DNA from: Tubiluchus corallicola | Lineage: Eukaryota > Animalia > Priapulida | Reading direction: 5' to 3' | Assembly (NCBI GenBank): GCA_030141605.1 | Contig: JAQGDQ010000032.1 | Location: 1 to 64,000 of the forward strand | Length of the DNA: 64,000 nucleotides | Shown here: positions 1-10,634 of the stretch, piece after piece | Layout: the number at the start of each line of letters is the position of its first letter | How positions within the stretch are numbered: position 1 is the first letter of the stretch | Position numbers and translations under genes: made by a program | Notes under the pieces: model-generated | What the model was told of the DNA's origin: nothing | The model's input: only the letters and a program-made list of their open reading frames with translations | The model's database searches: none

Positions 1-846
1 ACAGACTTGTTTTTCTCTCCTCATACTTTGGGGAAGGTATGTGGAATATTAGTTTCACTCCATTTTTGGAGGACATCTTTATTTACGTCGTATGAAGTTT
101 TTACACTTAGTATACAGAATAGTGATTTAATTTTGCCCTCGTGGGACATTTTGAATAGAAAACTTGACTAGTCTTTCCTATTGCTGAACTTGTTGCCTGG
201 AATAACTGAACACATGACATTTCTTCAGATATTTGATTGTATTCCAGCTTTATTTGTTATAAAAAACCATACCTTTAGGGTTTTTTGCTGTTGAATGCTT
301 TTAGTACTATACAGTTTATTAGTTTCATTCCCTTACATTATGTTTGTCATTAACGTCCATTAGTTTATGAAGACGATATTCATGAAACAAACACAACAAG
401 CGGTCTGTCGTGTTGTACGCAATGTATACATTCATTCATTAATTTGGAACCTATGTTATCTGCTTGCCACACTTTCTATAACGCTTGAGTTCAAACCTCT
501 ATTGCACATAATATGATGTTTATTTGCAACATTTCCACATTTACTGGTACCGGTGCCTTCGTCAAACCAAAAAAATACTTATGCAAGCTTATCTTGTTTA
601 GACAAAATATGTTGTTTTAATAAAACTCTAATAAAGTAAGGAAGTCGCAAAGATACTGGGAAATACAAATTGCTGCTCCGCTAATCAATTTATACTGTAC
701 ATTCTTGTTTCTTTGCCTCTGTGAAATCTGCTGCTAGGTTGATTTGTATAGTATGCTTTACTATTTCTTGACTATTATTTACTTTGTTAGACTGTGATTC
801 TCTGTACAAGGTAATTCTTCATGTCATGTACTTTTATTTTTTTTAG

Positions 847-958
847 TCAGAAGATGGGCAGGCCAAGTTATACTACTGATGTTGAACGGATGTAGTGGGA
901 CCGGAACTTTGGTAATTACCGAGCTAAGATGTGATCCAAGACTGGCTTGTGTATCTCA
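847..958 (+). pseudogene. Degraded exon of a JmjC/Cupin_8-type gene (N-terminal part)
   Basis: Pyrimidine tract + AG before 847 and GTATGT donor at 959. With a frameshift it reads KMGRP/VIL...WLVYL, resembling the 'GxPV(I/L)..W(T/S)DEYL' segment that precedes Cupin_8 JmjC cores. It lies just before the better-supported exon at 1237. Confidence 0.35.
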
Positions 959-1236
959 GTATGTTTGTACATTTTTGTCGCTGAGAAAACGTAGCTGGAG
1001 GTAGGATGCCAGTTGTAATGGCCCACAAACATTTTTTGATGGTCAACCCTCTAATTGCTAAGCAGGTTTTGCATTACACAGCTTTGTAGCCAAGCACACA
1101 CTGTCTCCGCTATTCCTGCACTTTAAAATGACATGCTAATGATGCTGTGTAAACATGATTAAATTATTAAATAAGGTAATTATTTTTGATTTATCGTAAA
1201 TTATGTTAATTGTAGCTTCTTTACATACTGTTTTAG

Positions 1237-1390
1237 GTACAACTACAATGAGTTTCGAAAAAGAAGTCGAAATTGGAAAGAAAAAATTGATCAATAAATG
1301 GATTATTTGCAATGATAGTGGACGAATTTGTTGATGCGTACGAGTCAGAAGATTTATAACTTCTTGAAAGTGTGAAATCAGCAGTAAAAG
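1237..1390 (+). pseudogene. Degraded exon of a JmjC/Cupin_8-type gene
   Basis: TTTTAG acceptor and GTAGGC donor. With a frameshift it reads EKEVEIGKKK.../GLFAMIVDEFVDAYESEDL*LLESVKSAVK, matching the 'VExGKKE..M...EF...Y...D(I/L)Y(M/L)V' pattern recalled for invertebrate Cupin_8 JmjC proteins. In-frame TAA at 1357-1359 where Tyr is expected. Confidence 0.6.
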
Positions 1391-1659
1391 GTAGGCAGAA
1401 AAAGCAAGAAACAGTTGCCACTCATATTTATGGCTTAGGCTGACATAATTGAAAGTAGTGGACTATAACGTTTTGAAATAGTATTTTACCAGGTAGCGGT
1501 ATTCTGGCATTTGCATTAATTTAGTAAGATAAAGCTGATTTCTTGAAGTTTTTTGTTCATTTTTGATATGAATAATAATCTGGTGCATGAATACATCGTG
1601 CATGAATACTGTTAGAAATAGTTTTAGAAGTTGGGAATTTCAATTTTGAGTTTTCCAAC

Positions 1660-2060
1660 TTCTAAGATGATTAATAATCCATTTATTTGATAAAAATGTA
1701 ACTGCAAGGTTACAATTTCTGTTAACATTCCAGACAGACTATTGTTTAGCAGTTATGCTGAATGCTAATAAATACACACATATGACTTCGTCTGCATAGA
1801 AAATGCATGTTTTATAGGAATTTGCAGTTAGTAACGAGATGTGAATATTATTGTTTATATTATAATAAAGAATTGATGATATAGATTTTACAAGTTACAT
1901 TAGTTTCAAAGAACGAATGATCTCTGAATGAATGAAAGATTTTCAACATTCTCCGCAAACAAATTTTTTCAGTAAGTAGTACTTTGTTTATTTTACCAAT
2001 TTATCGTCACAACTTATATCAACTGCAATACAACACCGTTAAATCTGAATCTAAAAACAC
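1660..2060 (-). pseudogene. Remnant of a GPCR paralog: 3' flank plus helix-8 coding end
   Basis: 1660-1920 aligns with the GPCR1 3' flank at 3370-3596 (e.g. ttctaagat..ttaataatcc, gagatgtgaatattattgttta, aagaattga.gatatag.ttttacaa). At the expected offset (~110 vs ~105 nt), 2025-2055 resembles the FRSxxKRxLYC-coding DNA. Confidence 0.45.
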
Positions 2061-3236
2061 AAGAATGCGGTTAGGGTGGGGTGGAGGTGCTAATCTCGAG
2101 TACCTCCCCAGCCGCCAGAAGCTCTAGCTACTCTACTGGCTGCAGCTGATATTACACTGCTAATAAATAATAAATTTACCTGTTATTGCAAAATTATGCT
2201 ACAACTACAAAGACAAAATTAAAATTTGTTGATAGATGCCATCTTTCCAAAACTGAGAATAAAAAGAAAAGCACTACAAGACTAACCTGACTTTGCCACA
2301 CCTTGCCAGGTATTTTCAGTCTTGCGTGAAAAGTGTAAACACCTGCACAGAAAAGTTGCTTCAAGAAGACATTCGTGGTAACAGCAGTTGCTTGGCTATC
2401 CGTTATTTTACAGAAAAGTTTTCGCACTCTATATACAGTGCGTATAAAACATACGTAATGATATTCACATTATCGTTGGAATAAAAATTACTTTAATTAA
2501 TATCTTTCTTTCAAATTTATTCCTGTTTACATTAATAATGAGTACTTTATATACATAAATAATTTTCTTAATTTGCTTCACATAATATCATTTGATGGTA
2601 AATATAGAATGTGTATGTTTAAAGTAAATAAATATAATATATAATCTTAAAGCCTGTTTAGAATGAGGACTGGGTATGTTGTTTACTGTTGTGGCCACTG
2701 CCATACTGTTGTCTGTTGAACATTTATTTACTATTAGCATTACTTTCTTACTTTGAATCGTGATGGTACTCGCCATTTAATTTTCTGTTGTCTTTTGTTG
2801 TTATTATGTGCTTTTTAGTCTGTTCAAGACGACAAAGTTGTAACAGTTGAAGATAGTTTGTTCTTTCAGAGAAGAAAAGATGTGCACAGGTTTACAACTC
2901 GACTTGAGTTTTATCGCAAAGCGGATGTACTTCTTCGACTATCGATAGCAAATTGATAATCTGGCTCACTGGGCCTATTTGCTAAACCACATTGTGCTTG
3001 TACATTTGCAATATACATGTTATAGCAAGCTTATTACACATTTTGAGCTAAACAGTTTAAGTTTTAAACAAATAATAAATTTTAAGTAAAGTGTCAATAA
3101 TATTCATCCATTGTAACATTTAATTGCTTCCTCCATTGCAATTTGCTTCAACTATAACAAGGCCAAATAATCACATTGCTGCTACTTGGGAGATAAACCT
3201 TTCAACACATATATACATACAAATATAAGTAAATAT

Positions 3237-3541
3237 TTATAATATAAATATTTAAACAATAATATTCACACCTCATGACAACTGCAAATTGCTGTAAAAC
3301 AAGCATTTGACATGCCACCAAAGTCATACATGTGCATGGGATGGTAATAGAAATATATACATATATATTTCTAAGATCATTAATAATCCGGTTATCTGGT
3401 AAAATGTACCTGCAAGACTGTAATTTCTGTTACCATCCCATGTACATGTATGACTTTGGCGGCATGTCAAATGCTTGTTTTAACAGCAATTTGCAGTTGT
3501 CATGAGATGTGAATATTATTGTTTAAATATTTATATTATAA
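3237..3541. repeat. Long inverted repeat (arms 3237-3354 and 3423-3541, ~68-nt loop)
   Basis: The arms are reverse complements with 4 substitutions and 1 indel counted by eye. The loop region holds a further small palindrome, tagaaatatata-ca-tatatatttcta. Confidence 0.95.
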
Positions 3542-3626
3542 TGAAGAATTGAAGATATAGGTTTTACAATTTATATCAGTTAGAAAGAAGGAATGATATA
3601 TATATGTACCGAACCAATAGGAGTTC

Positions 3627-4622
3627 TTAAGTGGTGTTTACAGCAAGGTCATGTGTAGCAATCATGCTTACTGCGTCCTCATGTCGCCATGAGTGGCAAT
3701 ACAATATGCGTTTACAAGCTGACCTAAACTCGCTGTATCGAACAGTATAGATCAGAGGGTTAATCAGTGAATTGGCTATTATTAACGGATCCACACGAGA
3801 CATTGGCCACTTCCTAGAACCATTGTATGAATTTATTGATATTGCAAGGCTAACTGGTAGCCAGAATATCATTAATGATATAATCAGCAGTAAAATTGTT
3901 ATTGCAACCTTCATTTCATTTTTGAAGGAAATATACGGAGTTGTTGGTTCCTGATTTGCCTGAACAGCAATTGCCCTAATTTGACGGCGTGCCACTATAA
4001 AAATTCTTAAGTACAGGCATATAATTATGCAGAGAGGCAAGAAAAACATTGTTGTTACCAACATAACAGTATATCCAAACGTGTACATTTTGTAAGAAGC
4101 GCATTTGGTAAATATCTGATCTTTAGCTCCTATTCCTGCAAGTGGCAATAAGGTAATTACAGTAGCGTACATGACAATGGCCCCCATTGTAACCATTGCA
4201 TTTTTTTTTGAAATGTATTGGTAATAGAAGGGATGAACTATAGCTATGTACTGATCAAATGCAACTGCCAACAAAGAAAATGCTGATATGATTGCAGAAA
4301 ATGGTATAATTGATAACGACCAAAGGCAGAAATTTATGCTAGCTGTAAATGTCAGGTGTGAGTACTTAATAAATGTGAATATTATGAACAACAGTGAAGT
4401 AAAGACATCTGAAGCTGCCAACAGCGACAAGAAGAAGTATTTGATGTCCTTGAAACTGGTGTGTCTGCCAGTAAAGAATACTGCAAGAACTAAACTGTTG
4501 AGGAGTACTACCATCCCAAAAAGAAGGCATCTTAGCACAAAGCCTGTCATACGATGCCGATTATGCAAAAATGATGTGTTTGTCTCATTGCATTCTGCAG
4601 TCGGAAGTTGAGTGCAGTTCAT
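3627..4622 (-). CDS. Class A (rhodopsin-like) orphan GPCR, paralog 1, 331 aa, single coding exon
   Basis: Seven hydrophobic segments; N-glycosylation sites (NCT, NET, NTS), LAASD (TM2), C3.25, DQY (TM3), FWLP (TM6), NSLINPLIY (TM7), FRSAC helix 8. The ATG at 4622 (MNCT) matches the paralogs; the ORF-track start is an upstream GTG. Confidence 0.93.
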   Translation of the reverse strand: MNCTQLPTAECNETNTSFLHNRHRMTGFVLRCLLFGMVVLLNSLVLAVFFTGRHTSFKDIKYFFLSLLAASDVFTSLLFIIFTFIKYSHLTFTASINFCLWSLSIIPFSAIISAFSLLAVAFDQYIAIVHPFYYQYISKKNAMVTMGAIVMYATVITLLPLAGIGAKDQIFTKCASYKMYTFGYTVMLVTTMFFLPLCIIICLYLRIFIVARRQIRAIAVQANQEPTTPYISFKNEMKVAITILLLIISLMIFWLPVSLAISINSYNGSRKWPMSRVDPLIIANSLINPLIYTVRYSEFRSACKRILYCHSWRHEDAVSMIATHDLAVNTT

Positions 4623-4679
4623 CTTGCTCACGTATTCTGTAACATATTTATTATGAACTTTATTACTCTGACAAGTAGA

Positions 4680-5050
4680 TATAGATTTAGCTAAATTGAC
4701 TACAGCAAATTAGATATGAATGGTACATGACAAAGTAAACATAGCCTAATTAACTGAGCAACATGGGAAGTCGTGGAACTGATATGTTAGCAAGACTGGT
4801 GAGAATAACAGAGATAACAATATGAAATGTCACAGAGGGTGTAGCAATAAGTGATAACTAACACTGTCTGTTATGGTGATTAAAACAGCTATTTTTGTTA
4901 ATGACGGGAAATATGGTGGGGAAAAGAAGAGTAGGCAGATGATGAGAAGAATTGAAATGATGATAATTGGTAAAACGTGCAAGCAGAGAAAACGGAAAGA
5001 AGGTGATAGTGATATAACCAAGAGTAGCATGCAAAAGCTGCGCCCTCTTT
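4680..5050 (+). repeat. Paralogous purine-rich segment (copy of 11045-11410); probable decayed plus-strand exon
   Basis: Shared anchors agctaaattg, acaaagtaaa, atgggaa, attaaaaca, gatgagaagaa, catgca.aagc. The 11147 copy follows an AG and reads LWESGTHINNKGNNDGESD before stops. Confidence 0.55.
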
Positions 5051-5589
5051 AACTACATGCTATTCATTGTAATGTTAGCACCTTGGAATAATATAAATAT
5101 ATATCACCTCTGTACAACTAGCTAACGCTTTCCTAAGTTTTCTTTACCAGAAAGTTGTTTATTTGTTAACTACAACTTTGCTTCCCTCAAGAATAACATT
5201 AACAGATATCTCCTATCACTGGGAAACCAGTTACTGGACTGTCATGACATCTATTATTGAGGTCCTGTGTTCATATTCTTTCTTTTAAACTGTAGCTCTT
5301 AACGTCAAGTAGTGTGTTTTTGTGTTCTTTATTGTATTTTCGATCTTTCGTGCTTTCGATCTTTGTTTTCTAGTCCCTAAACAAAATTTAATAACAATAA
5401 AACAATGTTCATTTTATGGCAAATCTTAGAGACACCACAGTTCTCTCCACTCTGCCTCTTTTCTGTCTGTTCTCGGTCTCACTATTTTAATGCCTGAATT
5501 ATTTATAGCATTCTAAAATAAGCGAAGTGATTCATCTGTGTCAAAGTGACAGGTTCCAAAAATGATTTATGTAAGTAATAGCAGCAGCA

Positions 5590-6420
5590 CACTAAGGAAT
5601 GAGCGTAAATAAGGTTGAAACATAAGGCTGAGAGGTATGTAATAGTATGTGGTAGTATAAAGTGATCCAGGCCCTATGTAAGCCATTCTATGTTTTACAA
5701 GCACGGAGAGACTACATATGCTGATGCAAGGGTACATCAGTAAAAAGGACTAACTTAGTCCTAAGCAATTTTTCTGTAACAAAAGACTTGTAGGCAAAAA
5801 TGCTGGGAAGCTGTGATTGAAACTGCAAAATTATGAGAAGTTCCATGTGGGTGGTGCAGTACGCGAGCAACACATTTTATAATGAAGAAAGTAATTCAGT
5901 AAATGTCTAGCACCGAATAAACGTTATTTACAGTTTTTGGGTATAAAATTAAAACACATTTACCTGTCGCCAACCCCACTCCTCAGGTTTATCGTGCAGT
6001 ATTATTGAATATCATAGTCCCAAATAAGGCCCTTGTATTAGTGGTGTATTTATTTGGCGACTCTAAATGGGTGGCTCAAGGTCAAGACCACCTGCAATTA
6101 ACAGCTGTAACTGATACCCATCCAAACTGACATAATGTAATGAAACTAAACTGCCTTGAAGCGTTTTTTTGTGGTAGCCACCATCCATTTACTAACAAGT
6201 TACAGCATTACTTTATTAATATGCCACAGAGATGAGACGACATCTGATGTGTTAACCGTAGCAAGACAAATGATGTCCTCGAAATTAGTGTGTCTGTCGT
6301 TAAGGCTTACTGTGAGAACTAAGCTATTCTACTTATTTCTCACAAAGATAGAACTGTACTTCTTACATTACAAGTAGGTTACAGCTTGTATGTATCAGTA
6401 TCACTGCATTCAGCATCTGC
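5590..6420 (-). pseudogene. Near-full-length degenerate GPCR paralog
   Basis: The minus strand reads AECSDTDT (~6392-6415; cf. AECNETNT), NSLVLTVSLNDRHTNFEDI...SDVVSSL (~6225-6330; cf. NSLVLAVFFTGRHTSFKDI...SDVFTSL), HPF and RAL (~6020-6075) and N-LIYA (~5600-5616). These are collinear with the intact genes but carry stops and indels. Confidence 0.8.
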
Positions 6421-7232
6421 AGCTCAGATTTTATGCTGGTCTGCTGGCTCTGTTTCGCTGTTATTTGTAGTTCAGGTGTGTACACAAGGTAGTAATTGTA
6501 ACACTACTTACTATGACATTGGGCTGTTGGTCTTGGTTATACTTGCAACTTCTGATGAAGCAAAATGAATTTCTATGCAACAGTAACGACAAAGTAAAAG
6601 AGAAAGAACATTGACATTGACATTGACATTGACAGAGTATGTATGAGTGCAAGAACCTAACAGAAGTAACGTCAGCAAGTAGGAATAGCACACCAACAAG
6701 CAGCAATTGGCTTTATTCAAAATATGTTAGTAGCTTGCTGAAATAACAGTGACACAAAAATATGCTTTGCAAATTTGCAAAAACCTTTGTTAGTATAACT
6801 GTGTAGGCGTAAAAATAGCTGCCAGTCCGTGGTGAGTGAACATGGTTATAGCTAATGCTTTGACATTGAACTTATTAGTAATTAGCATAATAGTTGACTG
6901 TGTGACCTACTGTGCATTTTTGAATGTCATTTTGATGCTTTTGTAAAAAACGGTGTTTAGAATCAAAAGGAGGTTCTTGAATAATAATAGTTCATTTCGA
7001 TTCACGAATATGGTGATCACTTGAAAAAACAAAGCAGTTGTTGTGAAATTGAAAAAAGAAAGGATTCGCTATAGCGTAATGGTAACAGAAATTCATACAA
7101 ACAAGAATTCTGTAAGCAAACAGTGAAAATGGCAGTGGCAGCTACAGTGTGGTTGTATTTTTCAGTGCAATAAACAAAAAATGTTTGCTAATATGCGGTA
7201 ACGTTCACCCAACACAACTCCCAATACCCATC

Positions 7233-7303
7233 GTCGGGTGGCCGAGTGGATTAGATTTCGGACTGCAGTCACGCAGTTTTCAGTTCGAGATTAGCAGCTG
7301 CCA
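7233..7303 (+). mobile_element. tRNA-derived SINE head or tRNA pseudogene
   Basis: A-box TGGCCGAGTGG, a GACTGCAGTC anticodon-like arm and a B-box-like AGTTCGAGA. The acceptor and T stems do not pair properly, so it is not a functional tRNA. Confidence 0.5.
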
Positions 7304-7490
7304 ACGCCAAAACATATACCCTGCATGTTATTCGTTATTTGTGTGTTGCATCTTTACCTATATTGTTGTAAATGTAAATTGTTACATAACCGTTAGTGCT
7401 AATGTTATCTGTTAAAATGAGCGATGGTAAGAAAATGTTGTCTTTGTATTTTGTTATGTCTTTATATTGTGTTTGTCTCTTAGTAAGTTT

Positions 7491-7640
7491 ACTCACCTGT
7501 TTAACCTCTCTGAGAATCTGTTGCTGAATGGATATGCAAACTTACTACTTCTTTATACAACTTGCACGCTATTAATGTGTTGTCTGTTCTTCAGGTGCAC
7601 ATCTTACATTGTCTTATGTGTAATAACTGAAGTAGCTGAG
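7491..7640 (-). promoter_or_regulatory. Putative non-coding first exon with GTGAGT donor (7496-7491) of the GPCR family
   Basis: Aligns with 18195-18330 (actcacc, tgagaatctgtt, atgcaaac.tact, tatacaac). It sits upstream of the pseudogene at 5590-6420. Confidence 0.55.
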
Positions 7641-7675
7641 GGTTTCTTCGCATCTCTGTCTTAACTTAATTCTAG

Positions 7676-7951
7676 TGTCTTGATATTGGAACCATTAGTT
7701 TCCTTCAACGACAATAAGATTTGCCCGGGGCTTGACATTGTGCTTTGAGAGTGCCTTTTATGTGCCATTTGTCAGTTTTAGTTAATTTTATGTAGTGCTT
7801 CTTGAGAATTAATCCTAATGAAGCATAAAAGGATTTTGCGTTAGAGTTATAAGATTTATAGTAGATTTATAAGAATAAAAGATTTCGTTACACTCTTTAA
7901 TTCTCATAAGAAGGTCAGAATACTCTTTGTTATAATTTCACTGCCTCATGC
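7676..7951 (+). repeat. Duplicated segment (copies at 15038-15253 and, partially, 18448-18482) containing a candidate decayed host-gene exon
   Basis: Shared ggaaccattagt, gagtgccttt, ttgagaa, agcataaaa, ttgttataa..ctcatgc. One plus frame reads GTIS(F/L) in all three copies, and the 15 kb copy ends at a GTGAGT donor. Confidence 0.6.
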
Positions 7952-8867
7952 TGGGGCGGATTAACTATTATGCTACTTAGGCTACAGCTTTGGCCCTAAA
8001 TTTTTGTAGGTCCTCGTAGTCCTAAGACCAATGACTAATTAAACAGAGATAATACTGTTTTTAACTTTATAAAATTACTAAAACTGAACTACTTGCTAAA
8101 TAGAAGTAATTTGTTTTTAAACTGTACCGTTTGATATATAATTTATTATTTGGGATAAAGATACATTTTTGTTAAATTTAGCCAAAGAGCCTACAGCCCT
8201 TTGTCCATGTCACCAAGGAAAGAGCCCGCAGGTAGCTTTTTAATTGCTCCTGCATTATAATTTTGTACAAACACATAAATGTTTTTTTATGAACGAAAAG
8301 GTTTGACTCAGATGCAAACAACTTATAGGCTATCAAAAGATATTCATTTATAAAAATTGTAACACTGTGATTTTTTGAAACGAGCAGAATTAATACTTTG
8401 AACATACTAACCTATCAAAAATATGTCATAACTTCAGTTATTGCCTTTATGAACTTCTGCATAATACATGTAATTTATAAAGAGTGTTACGTACATACAT
8501 AAACAAACTTGAAAAAAGCTAAAATTAAATCATACCTAACAATATATATATATATAGACACGAGCGCGCACACACACATAGCACACATACATATATATAT
8601 ATATATAAGTATATATATATATATATATACATAATACTATTGTATTCTTTTTTACTGTAGGCAATTCTGTTCCTAAGAAAATGTATCTGTTCAATTTTCG
8701 CATTAGTCTTATATTACATTAACATTTTATTGTCTCTTATTTCTGGCCTACGTGAGTCAGGACAATTCTCCTCCATATTCTGTGCCCCATCTTCCCACTG
8801 GCTATCCCAAAAGTGTCGGGGGAAAATTACTTTCACAAGGCAAGGTAGTCAGTGGTCACGCTACTAG

Positions 8868-9030
8868 GTGGATGAATACTAAAGTGCCTTTTTTGGTAGC
8901 TTTACAAAGTTAATGCAAGTTGCAATGGTTTGGCTTTTAGCAAAGGAGCTGCAACATTGGTGCTTCACCATGACAATTCGGACTATCTCAACTACTTTGC
9001 ACATGGTTAGAAGGAAATCTTGTTTATAAG
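8868..9030 (+). pseudogene. JmjC catalytic (HxD) exon, copy A, disrupted
   Basis: AG...GTTAGT boundaries. Reads ILKCLF/GSFTKLMQVAMVWL/SKGAATLVLHHDNSDYLNYFAHG*KEILFI, with frameshifts and an in-frame TAG at 9008-9010. Matches the Cupin_8 'W(F)SxG...VLHxD..N..C...GxK' core. Confidence 0.8.
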
Positions 9031-9687
9031 GTTAGTTTATAATAAAAGAAAACTAAAACAATAATCTGGCATGTTGCATAAAAACCTTTGTTAAAATCAA
9101 GAAGTGAATCAAGAAATTCAAAATTTATTTACAATATTGAATAAACTAAAATTGGAAATAATTGCAAATACGTGTAAAAAATTTTCTCATCAGACTTAGG
9201 AATTTTGCTAACATTAAAGAAAACAAACATTTTTTATATGAAACTGTTTTTTCCTGTCCTGACTTTGCTAGCAAAGACTTACTGTAATGCCAGTGAGAGA
9301 CCAGTAGACACCAGTAAAACTCGCTATAATTACAACACAGAAATGTAACAGAGATGGTAGATTTTGTTAAAGTAACTAGTCTGTACCATTTTTTCAAATT
9401 ATGTAACTAGTGCAATAACATTACAACAAATAATAATTTTTTTACTTTTAGTTAATTATAGTGTATAAATGTGAGCAGTAAAACACGTAAAAAATTTAGT
9501 TTACATGAAATGTATTACAAATTTTTGCACTTTAATGTAATGATGTTTTTTATGGGCAGGATTTGGTTGGAACACATTACTATGGTTCGGAGAGGATTCA
9601 CAGTTTATTAGTGTATAATTAAGAAGAATTTTTAATTGGCGCTTACAGCAGGCCCATTTATTGCATATATTTTCGTCTCTTGTGTCA

Positions 9688-10620
9688 CTATAAGTGGCAG
9701 TACAGTATGCGTTTACAAACTGATCTAAACTCTTTGTAGCGAACAGTGTAAATAAGAGGGTTAATTAGTGAGTTGGCTATCATTAAAGGTCCCACTCGAA
9801 ACATTGGCCATTTCTTAAATCCATTGTATGAATTGATTGGTAGCGCAAAACTCGTTGGTAGCCAGAATATAACTAATGATATAATTAACAGCAAAATTGT
9901 TGTTGCAACTTTCATTTCATTTTTGTAGGAAACGTTCGGAGTAATTCTTTCCTGATTTGCTTGAGCAGCAATTGACCGAATTTGACGGTGTGCCACAATA
10001 AATATCCTTAAGTACAGGCATATAATAATGCAGAGAGGCAAGAAAAATATAGTTGTTACCAGCATAACAATATAAGCAAACGTGTACACTTTGTAAGCCG
10101 CACATAAGGTAAATTCCTTATTTGCAGTTCCTACCCCTGTGAGTGGTATCAAGGTAATTACGGCAGCATACATGACAATTGATGCCATTGTAACTAAGGC
10201 CTTTCTTTTAGAAACATATTGATAGTGAAATGGGTGAACTATAGCTACATATTGATCAACTGCTACAACAAGCAAAGAAAATGCTGACACGATGGCAGAA
10301 AATGGCATAACTGATAATGACCACAGACAGAAGTTTTTGCTAGCGTTAACTCTCACGTTCGAGTACTTTATGAATGTGGCTATTATATACATCAGTGAAG
10401 TGAAGATGTCTGATGCTGCCAACAGCGACAAGAAGAAGTATTTGACATCCTTGAAACTGGTGTGTCTGCCACTGAAGAATACTGCAAGAACTAAACTGTT
10501 AAGGAGTACCACCATCCCGGAGAGAAGGCATCTTAGTGCAATGTTCCTCATATTCCAAGGATATGAAAAAGATGTATTTGTATCATTGCAATCTGCAATC
10601 TCAAGTTCAGAGCAGTTCAT
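9688..10620 (-). CDS. Class A orphan GPCR, paralog 2, 310 aa (C-tail truncated)
   Basis: Same motifs as paralog 1 (LAASD, DQY, FWLP, NPLIY). The ATG at 10620 (MNCS) aligns with the paralogs. The ORF-track extension to 10728 crosses a conserved splice acceptor and is probably intronic. Confidence 0.92.
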   Translation of the reverse strand: MNCSELEIADCNDTNTSFSYPWNMRNIALRCLLSGMVVLLNSLVLAVFFSGRHTSFKDVKYFFLSLLAASDIFTSLMYIIATFIKYSNVRVNASKNFCLWSLSVMPFSAIVSAFSLLVVAVDQYVAIVHPFHYQYVSKRKALVTMASIVMYAAVITLIPLTGVGTANKEFTLCAAYKVYTFAYIVMLVTTIFFLPLCIIICLYLRIFIVAHRQIRSIAAQANQERITPNVSYKNEMKVATTILLLIISLVIFWLPTSFALPINSYNGFKKWPMFRVGPLMIANSLINPLIYTVRYKEFRSVCKRILYCHL

Positions 10621-10634
10621 CTTTCTAGAATATC

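Noticed and set aside
7233-7303. Functional tRNA-Cys-like gene
   Set aside because: Pol III boxes are present but the acceptor and T stems do not pair. Treated as a SINE head or pseudogene.
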